Shown here: positions 50,055-58,703 of the stretch, piece after piece
How positions within the stretch are numbered: the first letter of the stretch is position 1
Layout: every line of letters starts with the position of its first letter
Origin: Candidatus Kaiserbacteria bacterium
GTDB lineage: Bacteria > Patescibacteriota > Minisyncoccia > Phycocordibacterales > UBA2100
Direction: 5' to 3'
Assembly (NCBI GenBank): GCA_016186695.1
Contig: JACPLC010000001.1
Location: forward strand, 109,718 to 173,717
Length of the DNA: 64,000 nt
Notes under the pieces: generated by a model
Database searches by the model: none
Told to the model about the DNA's origin: nothing
Seen by the model: only the letters and a program-made list of their open reading frames with translations
Position numbers and translations under genes: made by a program

Positions 50055-50726
50055 ATGAAAATACTTCTTATAGAGGACGAACAGAAACTGGCCACTGCTC
50101 TGAAGCGGGGCTTAGAACTGCAGGGCTATGCGGTGGATATTGTCGCGGACGGAAAGAAAGCACTCACGAGAATATCGCTCCATCGCACCGACTATGATCT
50201 CGTGATACTTGATCTCATGTTGCCTTCGATGGACGGGCACGAAATATGCAAGCGTATGTGCGAAGAGAACATCACTGTGCCAGTCCTCGTGCTTACCGCT
50301 CGTGCCGAAACCGACAACAAGGTGAAACTGCTTTTGTCGGGCGCTGACGACTACCTTGTGAAGCCGTTTTCGTTTGCGGAACTCTCAGCGCGGCTGCAGG
50401 CGCTCTTACGGCGCCCGAGCGAGAGCGTACCCGAAGTGTTGCACAGCGATGACCTCGAGCTAAATCCCGTCACGAGGCGGGTAACGCGCGCGGGAGAAGA
50501 CATTCCGCTGACTCTCAAAGAGTTCGGACTCCTCGAGTACTTCATGCGCAATCCCGATAAGGTCGTGAGTCGGGAAGACCTGCTTAGTCACCTGTGGGAT
50601 TTCAACTATGTCGGATTCAGCAACGTCGTGGACGTCCACGTTAAAAACCTTCGCAGAAAACTTGGGGGAGGAGATACAGGCCTACTGGAAACGGTTCGGG
50701 GCATCGGCTACCGGCTACGTGCATAA
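50055..50726 (+). CDS. OmpR-family response regulator
   Basis: LIEDE, ILDLMLP, GADDYLVKPF, NVVDVHVKNLRRKL, TVRGIGY. Confidence 0.95.
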   Translation: MKILLIEDEQKLATALKRGLELQGYAVDIVADGKKALTRISLHRTDYDLVILDLMLPSMDGHEICKRMCEENITVPVLVLTARAETDNKVKLLLSGADDYLVKPFSFAELSARLQALLRRPSESVPEVLHSDDLELNPVTRRVTRAGEDIPLTLKEFGLLEYFMRNPDKVVSREDLLSHLWDFNYVGFSNVVDVHVKNLRRKLGGGDTGLLETVRGIGYRLRA

Positions 50727-51804
50727 GTATCGGTTCGATCCGTTCTTCCGTACAGAAGTAAGTGTCGTCGCACTGCAGATCGTGTTTGCAGTTCTACTTC
50801 TCCTCATAGTCGGTCTTGCGGCAACCTCGCTCTACCATGATGCTTCTGCCGCACTTTCGCGCGGTATAGAGCAGGTACTAACGTCGCCATCCAACCCCGA
50901 GGCAGTGGGCCACTCTGTCGCGGAGGAACTCTCGACGATGCGGATGAGGACCGTTACGTGGGCGGCGATTGCCGTCGTGGCCGTAACTGTCTTTCTAAGC
51001 TATCTCATTGCACGTGTCGCGCTTAGCCCTACACGAAACGCGCTTGAATCCCAAAAACAATTCATTGGGAACGTCGCGCATGAGCTTCGCACGCCGCTTT
51101 CGGTCATCAAGACCAACACCGAAGTCGCCCTCATGTCGGGAGGGATTGAGCGAGAACTTCGTTCGACCTTGGAGAGCACGGTCGGAGAACTCGATCGCAT
51201 ATCTGAGATTATCAACAATCTACTCTCGCTCTCCGCTTCTGTACGGCCTGAGCGCATGGAATTTAAAGATCTTGATTTCGGTCCCATCGTGCATGGCGTC
51301 ATCGGGAAGTTGAAAGAGCTCGCTGATTCAAAGCGTGTCGAGATAACGGCACGAATGAGTCAGCGCAGGTTCGTACTCGGCAACCCCGCAGCCCTTGAGC
51401 AGATTACGATGAATATACTCAAGAACGCTATCACGTACTCACCTCGTGGCGGGCGGGTCATCGTCACGGTAGAACCGATACACCCGGATTATATAGAGTT
51501 TACCGTGCAGGATTTTGGCATCGGCATCGCGCAGAAGAACCTGTTCCGGATCTTTGAGCCATATTATCGAGTAGATCCTTCGCGCTATCGCGGCGAGTCG
51601 GGTTCGGGTCTAGGATTAACGATTGTCTCCGAACTCGTCAAGCTCCATAACGGCAAGATCACTGTGCGAAGTGCCGAGCAGCGTGGCACCATTGTGACCG
51701 TTCATCTTCCCGCCGGTCGGCCGAGTCTCACATCGGAGCGAGCTGCAGCTCACGATGAGCACGCGGGCGAAGTAACCGTCGATTTTTCGCATCGCGCGGG
51801 CTGA
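50608..51804 (+). CDS. Sensor histidine kinase (start uncertain, 50608-50719)
   Basis: 2 TM segments, AHELRTPL, NILKNAITY, DFGIGI, GSGLGL. Confidence 0.92.
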   Translation: MSDSATSWTSTLKTFAENLGEEIQAYWKRFGASATGYVHKYRFDPFFRTEVSVVALQIVFAVLLLLIVGLAATSLYHDASAALSRGIEQVLTSPSNPEAVGHSVAEELSTMRMRTVTWAAIAVVAVTVFLSYLIARVALSPTRNALESQKQFIGNVAHELRTPLSVIKTNTEVALMSGGIERELRSTLESTVGELDRISEIINNLLSLSASVRPERMEFKDLDFGPIVHGVIGKLKELADSKRVEITARMSQRRFVLGNPAALEQITMNILKNAITYSPRGGRVIVTVEPIHPDYIEFTVQDFGIGIAQKNLFRIFEPYYRVDPSRYRGESGSGLGLTIVSELVKLHNGKITVRSAEQRGTIVTVHLPAGRPSLTSERAAAHDEHAGEVTVDFSHRAG

Positions 51805-51809
51805 TGTGG

Positions 51810-51918
51810 TGAAGCGCAGCAGTTTTGCGGCCTGCGGAACTCGCTTCGCCCGTCACACGCACCGCGTGTGGTCGGGCTTCGCTCAGACAGTCCTCGGCAG
51901 CAAAACTGCTGCGCTTCA
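51810..51918. repeat. Structured intergenic element, family 1, copy E (extended)
   Basis: 19-bp perfect stem TGAAGCGCAGCAGTTTTGC/GCAAAACTGCTGCGCTTCA; same insert as copy D. Confidence 0.88.
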
Positions 51919-52258
51919 GCTGCGGCGACGCGAACGAGTCCGCGACGCCTTCATTTCTGATTCATGGCTACTCGGTACCATGATACGCGGAACCTTTGCT
52001 CCTTCTCTTTTCGAGGCGCCGCCCCGAGTGTGGGGCGGTGGCTCTCGGGAAGGTTATCAATATCCATACCCCACCATGTCACAGAGAATGGGGAAACTGT
52101 CCTTCATTCTGACGCGGAAGATAATCGCGTCAGCCGGGGAGGCGAGAGCTCTAAGGAGCCTCGCCTCCCCGGCGTATGAGGGGAAAACCGTTGGTTTCGA
52201 GCTCCTCGGCTCGGAAATGCGCAAGTAGCTTACGCATTTCTCTCACTTTACGTCGCTC

Positions 52259-52285
52259 GTAAGAAACAAGCATACATTTCGTCTT
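52259..52285 (+). promoter_or_regulatory. Putative ECF-sigma promoter GTAAG-N16-CGTC
   Basis: CGTAAGAAA...CGTCTT with the same spacing as 53112-53138. Confidence 0.7.
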
Positions 52286-52340
52286 AATGAAGCGGAGGGA
52301 TTTTATCCCTCCTTTAACTTAGTAATCTATCTATTGAAGT

Positions 52341-53033
52341 ATGAAAAAGCATCAAATTACGGCGCTTCTTCTCGGCGCAGTGCTGGTTCCAATGACTTTC
52401 GCGTTGGCATTGAACCTTGAAGCAGATGTCGACAGTTCTGTGAACGTAGATGTCGGGCTCGGTGCGACAAGCTCGAATACCGGAGCATCGGGAGACGCTA
52501 ACGCAGAGGCCGCAGCCTCGAGCGAAGTAGTCCTCGGTGTTCCCGGGAATGTTGAGGTCATCGTTGTCACGAGGGCGGATGTTGAGGGAAGCGGCGCGAT
52601 AAGCGCAAGCGCATCTCCCGCATCGGTTAGCTCTGAAACTGACCTCTCGGGATTCGTTGCGGCACAGATTGCCTCGGACGAAAATCTCTCAAAGGTTGAG
52701 TCTTCCAAAAGCCGTGTCTCGGTAACCTACCCCCAGAAGGCCAGACTCTTCGGCCTTATTCCGATTACGGTGGACGCGACGGCGACAATTCTTGCGGACG
52801 GTACCGTGGACGTGAAGTACCCGTGGTACGCTTTCCTCATGGTTACGAACGAAACGGTGCTCGAAAGCGAGATTGAGAGCCGGGTAACGTCTCTCAATCC
52901 AGCGGGTGTCCGTGCTGTGGCAGACGCAGAGCTTGAACTCACGGCAAACGCGCAGGCGGAGTTGATCGATGAAGTACGCGCCGTGATGGAGAGTCAGCTT
53001 GCTATCGATGCGAGTGGCACAGTTGAACTCTAA
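52341..53033 (+). CDS. Secreted acidic hypothetical protein
   Basis: Signal peptide; RLFGLIPI and VKYPWY segments. Confidence 0.8.
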   Translation: MKKHQITALLLGAVLVPMTFALALNLEADVDSSVNVDVGLGATSSNTGASGDANAEAAASSEVVLGVPGNVEVIVVTRADVEGSGAISASASPASVSSETDLSGFVAAQIASDENLSKVESSKSRVSVTYPQKARLFGLIPITVDATATILADGTVDVKYPWYAFLMVTNETVLESEIESRVTSLNPAGVRAVADAELELTANAQAELIDEVRAVMESQLAIDASGTVEL

Positions 53034-53059
53034 GACTGTGAAAATCAAAACAACCAGAG

Positions 53060-53091
53060 ACCAAAAGGCCCCTGCATCGGGGTCTTTTGGT
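53060..53091 (+). terminator. Intrinsic terminator
   Basis: ACCAAAAGGCCCC-TGCATC-GGGGTCTTTTGGT. Confidence 0.7.
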
Positions 53092-53111
53092 ATAGTAGCG
53101 GAACAGCCTAC

Positions 53112-53138
53112 GTAAGAAATGAAGGGCGTCAGCGTCTT
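53112..53138 (+). promoter_or_regulatory. Putative autoregulatory ECF-sigma promoter
   Basis: GTAAG-N16-CGTC, 4 nt before the sigma ATG. Confidence 0.7.
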
Positions 53139-53140
53139 CT

Positions 53141-53662
53141 ATGAAGGACATCGAGAAAATATTTCAGCAGGCGTTTGAAAAGCATGCGGACGAACTCTTC
53201 CGACACGCCTCTTTGAGGCTCTCGGATCGCGATCGCGCGCTCGAACTCACGCAGGAATGTTTTCTACGCACTTTGGCTTATGCCTCGCGCGGCGAGGAGA
53301 TCCGCGAGATACGCCCGTTCCTCTTCAGAACATTGAGGCATCTCATCATCGATGAGTATCGCAGGGCAAAATCATTCTCGCTCGACGAGATGACAGAAGG
53401 CGAGGATGGGGAGCAGATGGACTCGCTTCTCAAGGATGAAACCGACGAGCTCGAGCAGGCGTTTGCGCGCTTCGACGGAGCACGTGCGCTCGGTATGATC
53501 AGGCGGCTGCCGGATCTGTACCGCGAAGTCTTGATGATGCGCTACGTTGATGACCTCTCGATATCTGAAATTGCCGCGTGCATCGAGGAGAGCGAAAATG
53601 TGGTCTCGGTGCGGCTGCATCGCGGTTTAAAGAAGTTGCGCGCCTTGCTTGAATCTGAATAA
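53141..53662 (+). CDS. ECF RNA polymerase sigma factor
   Basis: Region 2 (ELTQECFLR, FLFR..RHLIID.YR) and region 4 (LP..YREVL.MRY...EIA...V.VRLHRG). Confidence 0.93.
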   Translation: MKDIEKIFQQAFEKHADELFRHASLRLSDRDRALELTQECFLRTLAYASRGEEIREIRPFLFRTLRHLIIDEYRRAKSFSLDEMTEGEDGEQMDSLLKDETDELEQAFARFDGARALGMIRRLPDLYREVLMMRYVDDLSISEIAACIEESENVVSVRLHRGLKKLRALLESE

Positions 53663-53669
53663 TCAAAGT

Positions 53670-54794
53670 ATGAATAAATTTTTCTCACAATTGAAAAAAG
53701 AAGCGAATGAGATCCGGCTCTCACCGAGGGAGCGGGAGGTAATGCGTCGTGCGCTTTTAAAAGCGATTGGCAAGCCGAAACTCGTGAAAAGTCCGTTCCG
53801 CGTGACACAAAGTCCGTATCTTTTTATATCATCGAAGCTTGTCACGCCACTTGCGTTTGTTTTGGTTATTGCCGTCATTGGCGGCGGAACAGCCTACGCG
53901 GCTGAAGCAGCCGTGCCGGGCGACGCGCTCTATACAATCAAGGTGAATGTAAATGAGAAAGTAGCCGAGGCGTTTGCGGCGGGGGCGGAGGCGAGAGCGT
54001 CAGTGCATGCAAATCTCGCCGAGCGGCGCATGAAAGAAGCAGAAGTTTTGGTGGAGCGCGGAGCGCTTACGAGAGATGCGAAAGAAGAGATCGAGACGCG
54101 CTTAGATAGCCATGCAACCGAGCTCGATATCGCTATAGAGGTTGTCGGGAGAGACGATCCTGTCGCGGCAGCAGAGCTGTCGACCCGTCTTGGATCAGCG
54201 CTTGCCGCGCACAGCGCGCTCATCGAGCGGCTGGGGGAGGAGGCCGACGATGAGGGAAGCAGAGAGGAGTCGCGGCGTTTCGCTTCGGCGCTTCGGGAGC
54301 GCGGATCGAGGCTCGCTCGCGCGGAAGACGGAGTCGCCGTTATGGCGATGCGCACTGACGGCGATATCGCAGTGCAGACATTTGCCAAAAGCGGAGAGAG
54401 TTCGGTCTCTGCATCGGTGACGATGCGCGGCGAAGCTGGGAATTCCGTCGCGATACAGCTACGAAGAAATGCATCGAGCACGCTGGAAGAAGCGGAGATA
54501 AAACTGAATGCACTCAAGAATGTGAATGCTACCACTGCGGCACGGGTAAAAGCGCAGATCGGAAAGACACGCGATTCTTTAAAGAAGCTCCACAAGGACG
54601 ACAAAGAGGGATTTGAGAAAGCGCTCAAGGATGCGAAGACCCTGCAGGTATTTATCGAAGCGCAGGAGAAATTCCAAATGCGCGCGATTCTTCCGGCACC
54701 GGACATAGAAGAGAATGACGAAGAGGACAACTCCGGACATGGCTCCGACGATGATCGTGAAGATACATCGTTAACCGCTCCGCTTCCATTTTAA
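53670..54794 (+). CDS. Putative anti-sigma factor (DUF5667-like)
   Basis: TM, then AEAAVPGDALYTIK..NE, AERR.KEA; directly after the ECF sigma. Confidence 0.75.
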   Translation: MNKFFSQLKKEANEIRLSPREREVMRRALLKAIGKPKLVKSPFRVTQSPYLFISSKLVTPLAFVLVIAVIGGGTAYAAEAAVPGDALYTIKVNVNEKVAEAFAAGAEARASVHANLAERRMKEAEVLVERGALTRDAKEEIETRLDSHATELDIAIEVVGRDDPVAAAELSTRLGSALAAHSALIERLGEEADDEGSREESRRFASALRERGSRLARAEDGVAVMAMRTDGDIAVQTFAKSGESSVSASVTMRGEAGNSVAIQLRRNASSTLEEAEIKLNALKNVNATTAARVKAQIGKTRDSLKKLHKDDKEGFEKALKDAKTLQVFIEAQEKFQMRAILPAPDIEENDEEDNSGHGSDDDREDTSLTAPLPF

Positions 54795-54848
54795 TGTGCA
54801 TGACTAAATCGTTTTGACTCTCGCGCACTCTCGCGCGAGAATTGCGCG

Positions 54849-55736
54849 ATGCACGGACTAACGGAGCAGCAGAAAGGCGAATGGTACACATTCGGGGGCG
54901 CACTTTTCTGGGCAGTCTTTCCCGTCATGGTCGTGCTTTCATACGCGACACTTCAAAGCCTCGTCTCACTCCTCTGGAGTACTGGACTCGCCGCACTCTT
55001 TTTTGCCGCAGTGATGACGTATCGGAAGCGATGGGGAGAGATCCAAAATCCTCGTTTGTGGAAAAATGTTCTTATGGTCACGCTGTTTATCGGCGTGCTG
55101 TTTTATAGCCTCTACTACATCGGGCTCGAAACGACGAGCCCTGGGAACGTTGCCATCATCACGCTCTTTGAGGTTTTCACGTCTTTCGTGTTTTTCCGGC
55201 TATTCAGGGGAGAACGGCTTTCGTTCGACTACGCCTTGGGCGCGATCTTTATGGTCATCGGCGCTGCTATCGTGCTTGCGCCGAATTTTGCCGGCGTTCG
55301 CGTCGGTGATTTCATCGTGCTTGCGGCAACATTTTTTGCGCCGGCGGGTAATTACTTCCAACAGCGGGCGCGCGAGATCGCTTCTGCCGAGAGTATCATG
55401 TTTTTGCGCAGTACTCTTTCGCTGTTTCCGATTTTTGCCCTCGTGTATTTTTTCGGACAAAAATCTTCCTCCGCAGACATCGTTTCGGCTTCACTTTTTC
55501 TTATCGTGAACGGGATTCTCCTGCTCGGTCTCTCCAAACTTTTCTGGATTGAGGCAATTCATCGCATATCCGTCACGAAAGCGACGGCGCTTTCGAGTAT
55601 TGCACCTTTCTTTACGCTCCTTGTTGCATGGGTTGCTCTCTCCCAAGAGCCCACGCTCCCACAGCTCCTTTCACTCATCCCATTTGTGCTCGGGACGCTG
55701 CTTCTGACGGACCAAATTCGGCTGATGAGAGCATAA
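54849..55736 (+). CDS. DMT/EamA family transporter
   Basis: About 10 TM segments in two EamA repeats. Confidence 0.88.
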   Translation: MHGLTEQQKGEWYTFGGALFWAVFPVMVVLSYATLQSLVSLLWSTGLAALFFAAVMTYRKRWGEIQNPRLWKNVLMVTLFIGVLFYSLYYIGLETTSPGNVAIITLFEVFTSFVFFRLFRGERLSFDYALGAIFMVIGAAIVLAPNFAGVRVGDFIVLAATFFAPAGNYFQQRAREIASAESIMFLRSTLSLFPIFALVYFFGQKSSSADIVSASLFLIVNGILLLGLSKLFWIEAIHRISVTKATALSSIAPFFTLLVAWVALSQEPTLPQLLSLIPFVLGTLLLTDQIRLMRA

Positions 55737-55849
55737 ATGCGCGACCAATACCATTTTGCGTTCGGAGTTGACAAGATAACGCGCTAGAGGCATAGTTGCG
55801 GCATTAGAAGGGGGAGGGGGATAATTATCTATATTTTAAGCCATATATT

Positions 55850-57592
55850 ATGAAAACCGTTGCTCTAAGTGCTGCTCTTGGCGTTCTACTTCTCGCAAGC
55901 GTAGCTTCGGCACAGGTGTACTACCCACAGACATACACTCCTCCTACCTATACAACCTCCGTTTCGGGTTCCGCGTGCGTCATGCTCTCCTCTGACCTTT
56001 CATTCGGTTCCCGCGGCACCGAAGTGACGAAGCTCCAGCAATTTCTCGTGACCCAGAACTATCCCGGTGGCGGCAACTGGATGGTTACCGGCTATTTCGG
56101 ACAGGCTACCGCGCAGGCAGTACGCAATTTCCAGCAGTCGGCAGGAATCCCGATGACAGGCTACGTTGATGCGGCGACACGCTCTGCGATCCAGAGCCGC
56201 ACGTGCGCAGGATTCGCGGGCGTTGTTCCCGTCCCTCCGGTTGTTTCTCCGACGTATACGCTCCCGACGCCGACGTACACGACTCCTCCGTATACTCCAA
56301 CATACACAACTCCTCCGTATACCTCGCCGAATTATCCGTATCCGTCACTCTATCCGTACGGCGGCGTATCGATAACCTCGCTCTCGACGCAGAGCGCGCA
56401 GATCGGAACCTCGGTAACCATGTATGGAAGTGGTTTCGACGTCACGGGCACAAACACGGTGCACGTGGGCAACGCTACCGTCGTCGCGGCGAGCAACGGC
56501 TCGTCTATCACCTTTGCTGTCCCATCGACTCCGGCGGGCACCTACAGCGTGTATATAACGAACTCGCGTGGCACCTCAAACTCGATCTCGTTTTCTGTCA
56601 CGCAAGTGCAATCGGTCTGCAACCAGACGCCGTGGTACCAGCCGTGGAACTGGTTCGGCCAGCAATACCAGTGCGGCATCTACAGCAGTGTTCTGCTCAA
56701 TTCTGTTACCCCGAACTGGGCAGCAGTGGGAACTACTATCACGGTAAAGGGTAACGGATTTTCTGCGACAGGGAACACGGTATACATGGGTGGAAGTGTT
56801 GTCGCAACCGTTTCTTCGACGAACAACGGGACAGAGCTCACCTTTGCTGTGCCGACGCAGCTGCAGGGTCCGTATGGTTTGCAACAGATAGTGCCGGGCC
56901 ACTATCCGGTGCGTGTCGTGAATGCAACGGGCGCGCAAAGCAACTCGCTCACGCTCTCCATCACACAGCAAGGATCGAGTTCACTTTCGATCTCGAGTAC
57001 TTCGGGACCGAGCTCACTTCAAGCTGGTGCGCAGGGAATATGGACACTTGTGGTGAACGTACCCTATGGCTCGTACCTTACGACGACCGTGAACTGGGGT
57101 GATAGCAGCACTCCTTTCACCTCGAGCGCAGCGCCGACCTTCCTCTCCGGCATACAGACGCTCACCTTCACTCACGTGTATCCGAATGTCGGCACGTATA
57201 CGATCACCTTCACGGTGACGAGTGGCAACAACACGACTTCGGCAACGAAGACGGTGACAGTCACTTCGGCTCCGAGTGGCGGCTCCCTGAACCTCAACTT
57301 CTTGAGCCCAATACAGGGCGCTGTCGGGACGACGGTCACGCTGAATGGTTCGGGCTTCACTTCGACGGAGAATGTCGTGCACTTCGGCATCGGCGGCTCG
57401 CGCAACGTCTCTTCGACGAATAGTGGCACGCAGATCGCGTATGTTGTCCCGACAAATATCTCGGCATGTGATCTCATCGCACCCGGTTTCTACTGCGGTG
57501 CCCCGGTTCAGACCGTGACGCCGGGCGTCTATCCTCTGTACGTGACGAACTCAACAGGGGCGACGAACGTTCTCTATTTCACGGTACAATAA
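55850..57592 (+). CDS. Secreted surface protein: peptidoglycan-binding, Pro/Thr/Tyr linker, IPT/TIG repeats and PKD
   Basis: GSRG.EV.KLQ.FL..TGYFG; PTYTTP repeats; three GT.VT..GSGF....N.V repeats; VNWGD...H.Y...GTY. Confidence 0.88.
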   Translation: MKTVALSAALGVLLLASVASAQVYYPQTYTPPTYTTSVSGSACVMLSSDLSFGSRGTEVTKLQQFLVTQNYPGGGNWMVTGYFGQATAQAVRNFQQSAGIPMTGYVDAATRSAIQSRTCAGFAGVVPVPPVVSPTYTLPTPTYTTPPYTPTYTTPPYTSPNYPYPSLYPYGGVSITSLSTQSAQIGTSVTMYGSGFDVTGTNTVHVGNATVVAASNGSSITFAVPSTPAGTYSVYITNSRGTSNSISFSVTQVQSVCNQTPWYQPWNWFGQQYQCGIYSSVLLNSVTPNWAAVGTTITVKGNGFSATGNTVYMGGSVVATVSSTNNGTELTFAVPTQLQGPYGLQQIVPGHYPVRVVNATGAQSNSLTLSITQQGSSSLSISSTSGPSSLQAGAQGIWTLVVNVPYGSYLTTTVNWGDSSTPFTSSAAPTFLSGIQTLTFTHVYPNVGTYTITFTVTSGNNTTSATKTVTVTSAPSGGSLNLNFLSPIQGAVGTTVTLNGSGFTSTENVVHFGIGGSRNVSSTNSGTQIAYVVPTNISACDLIAPGFYCGAPVQTVTPGVYPLYVTNSTGATNVLYFTVQ

Positions 57593-57603
57593 GAGAGGCG
57601 CTC

Positions 57604-57674
57604 GGGCGGAAGCGTTTTCCGCCTGCGGGACTCGCTTCGCTCGAACAGGTCCTCGGCGAAAAACGCTTCCGCCC
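57604..57674. repeat. Structured intergenic element, family 1, copy F
   Basis: Stem GGGCGGAAGCGTTTT/AAAACGCTTCCGCCC around GCCTGCGGGACTCGCTTCGCTCGAACAGGTCCTCGGC. Confidence 0.88.
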
Positions 57675-57687
57675 TCGCTTCAGAACA

Positions 57688-57707
57688 GCCCCGCCAAAAG
57701 GCGGGGC
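57688..57707 (+). terminator. GC hairpin, terminator-like
   Basis: GCCCCGCC-AAAA-GGCGGGGC followed by CGTTTCGTT. Confidence 0.6.
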
Positions 57708-57744
57708 CGTTTCGTTATGCACACATTGTGCACCAAAGCACGTC

Positions 57745-57772
57745 TTGACTAGATACCCCCTAGGGGTATCAT
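57745..57772 (+). promoter_or_regulatory. Promoter with CsoR-type operator GATACCCC-CTA-GGGGTATC
   Basis: TTGACT (-35), TATCAT (-10), and a TACCCC/GGGGTA palindrome typical of CsoR operators. Confidence 0.85.
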
Positions 57773-57778
57773 GGCTAC

Positions 57779-58051
57779 ATGAAGATAGACACAAAGAAGC
57801 GGGCGCTTCGGCGCATGAGCATTATCGAAGGTCAGCTTCGCGGTCTTGCTCGAATGATCGAGGATGAGAAGTACTGCGTTCACATCATCGTGCAATCGAG
57901 CGCTATAAAGAGAGCGCTCTCTGGCGTTGAAGACCTCGTGCTCGAAAATCATCTCTCGACCCACGTGCGGCAGCAGATGAAAGGCGGCAAGGACAAAAAG
58001 GCCATCGAAGAGGTCATGAAGATCTACCAACTCGCCCAAAAGTGCAAGTGA
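57779..58051 (+). CDS. csoR: CsoR/RcnR family metal-sensing repressor
   Basis: RR...IEGQ.RG..RMI....YC..I..Q..A...AL, ENHLSTHV. Confidence 0.88.
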   Translation: MKIDTKKRALRRMSIIEGQLRGLARMIEDEKYCVHIIVQSSAIKRALSGVEDLVLENHLSTHVRQQMKGGKDKKAIEEVMKIYQLAQKCK

Positions 58052-58060
58052 TTTTCGTAT

Positions 58061-58387
58061 ATGAAATTTGGCGTCATTCTACAGTCCAATAAACCGGAGC
58101 ATGTATGGAACACATTCCGATTCGGCATCGCGTCTTTAAAGGCCGGTCATTCGGTGCAGATAAACCTCATGAGCGAAGGGGTCGAGGCGGAAGACATTCC
58201 TGACTCCGAGCAATTCGACATCTCAAAAAAGATCGAGGAGTTCAAAAGCCTGAAAGGAATTCTTCTCGCATGCGGGAGTTGTCTCGAGATCCGATCGAAA
58301 AGAAAGAGCAAGGTCTGCCCGACCGGCACCATGAAGGACTTGGTGGCGATGGTGGGAGAGTCCGATAAAGTCCTCGTGTTCGGGTGA
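58061..58387 (+). CDS. DsrE/DsrF-like protein
   Basis: L..EGV, ACGSCL..R, CP.GTM.DL...V.ESDKVL.F. Confidence 0.85.
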   Translation: MKFGVILQSNKPEHVWNTFRFGIASLKAGHSVQINLMSEGVEAEDIPDSEQFDISKKIEEFKSLKGILLACGSCLEIRSKRKSKVCPTGTMKDLVAMVGESDKVLVFG

Positions 58388-58441
58388 CTAGACCGGTGGT
58401 CGATCCGGCGCGAAATCAGTATTATCAGCTCAAAAAAATCT

Positions 58442-58699
58442 ATGATAAACACAGTTCGTTTGCTCAAAGTCAGCGTCGCATGGACGAGCGTCATCTACAT
58501 CGTCTGCTTCGGGGGAGTAGTGCTCGTTCCGGGGATCCGGGAGTGGTTCTTTCAGTACGCGCTCCATTCGGTGAATGTGGGCGTCGGGCAAAGCACGATG
58601 ACGCTCACGACATTCATCACCGGCCTCATCATCTGGGATGTCATCGCGGTACTTGCGATGTGGCTTTTCGCGTACCTCTGGAACATGATCAAAAGTTAA
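58442..58699 (+). CDS. Small membrane protein (DUF5676-like)
   Basis: 2 TM segments with YIVC and a conserved-looking His. Confidence 0.7.
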   Translation: MINTVRLLKVSVAWTSVIYIVCFGGVVLVPGIREWFFQYALHSVNVGVGQSTMTLTTFITGLIIWDVIAVLAMWLFAYLWNMIKS

Positions 58700-58703
58700 A
58701 AAC

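Noticed and set aside
51806-52228. 140-aa ORF in the track
   Set aside because: Made of repeat copy E and hairpins; no protein-like features
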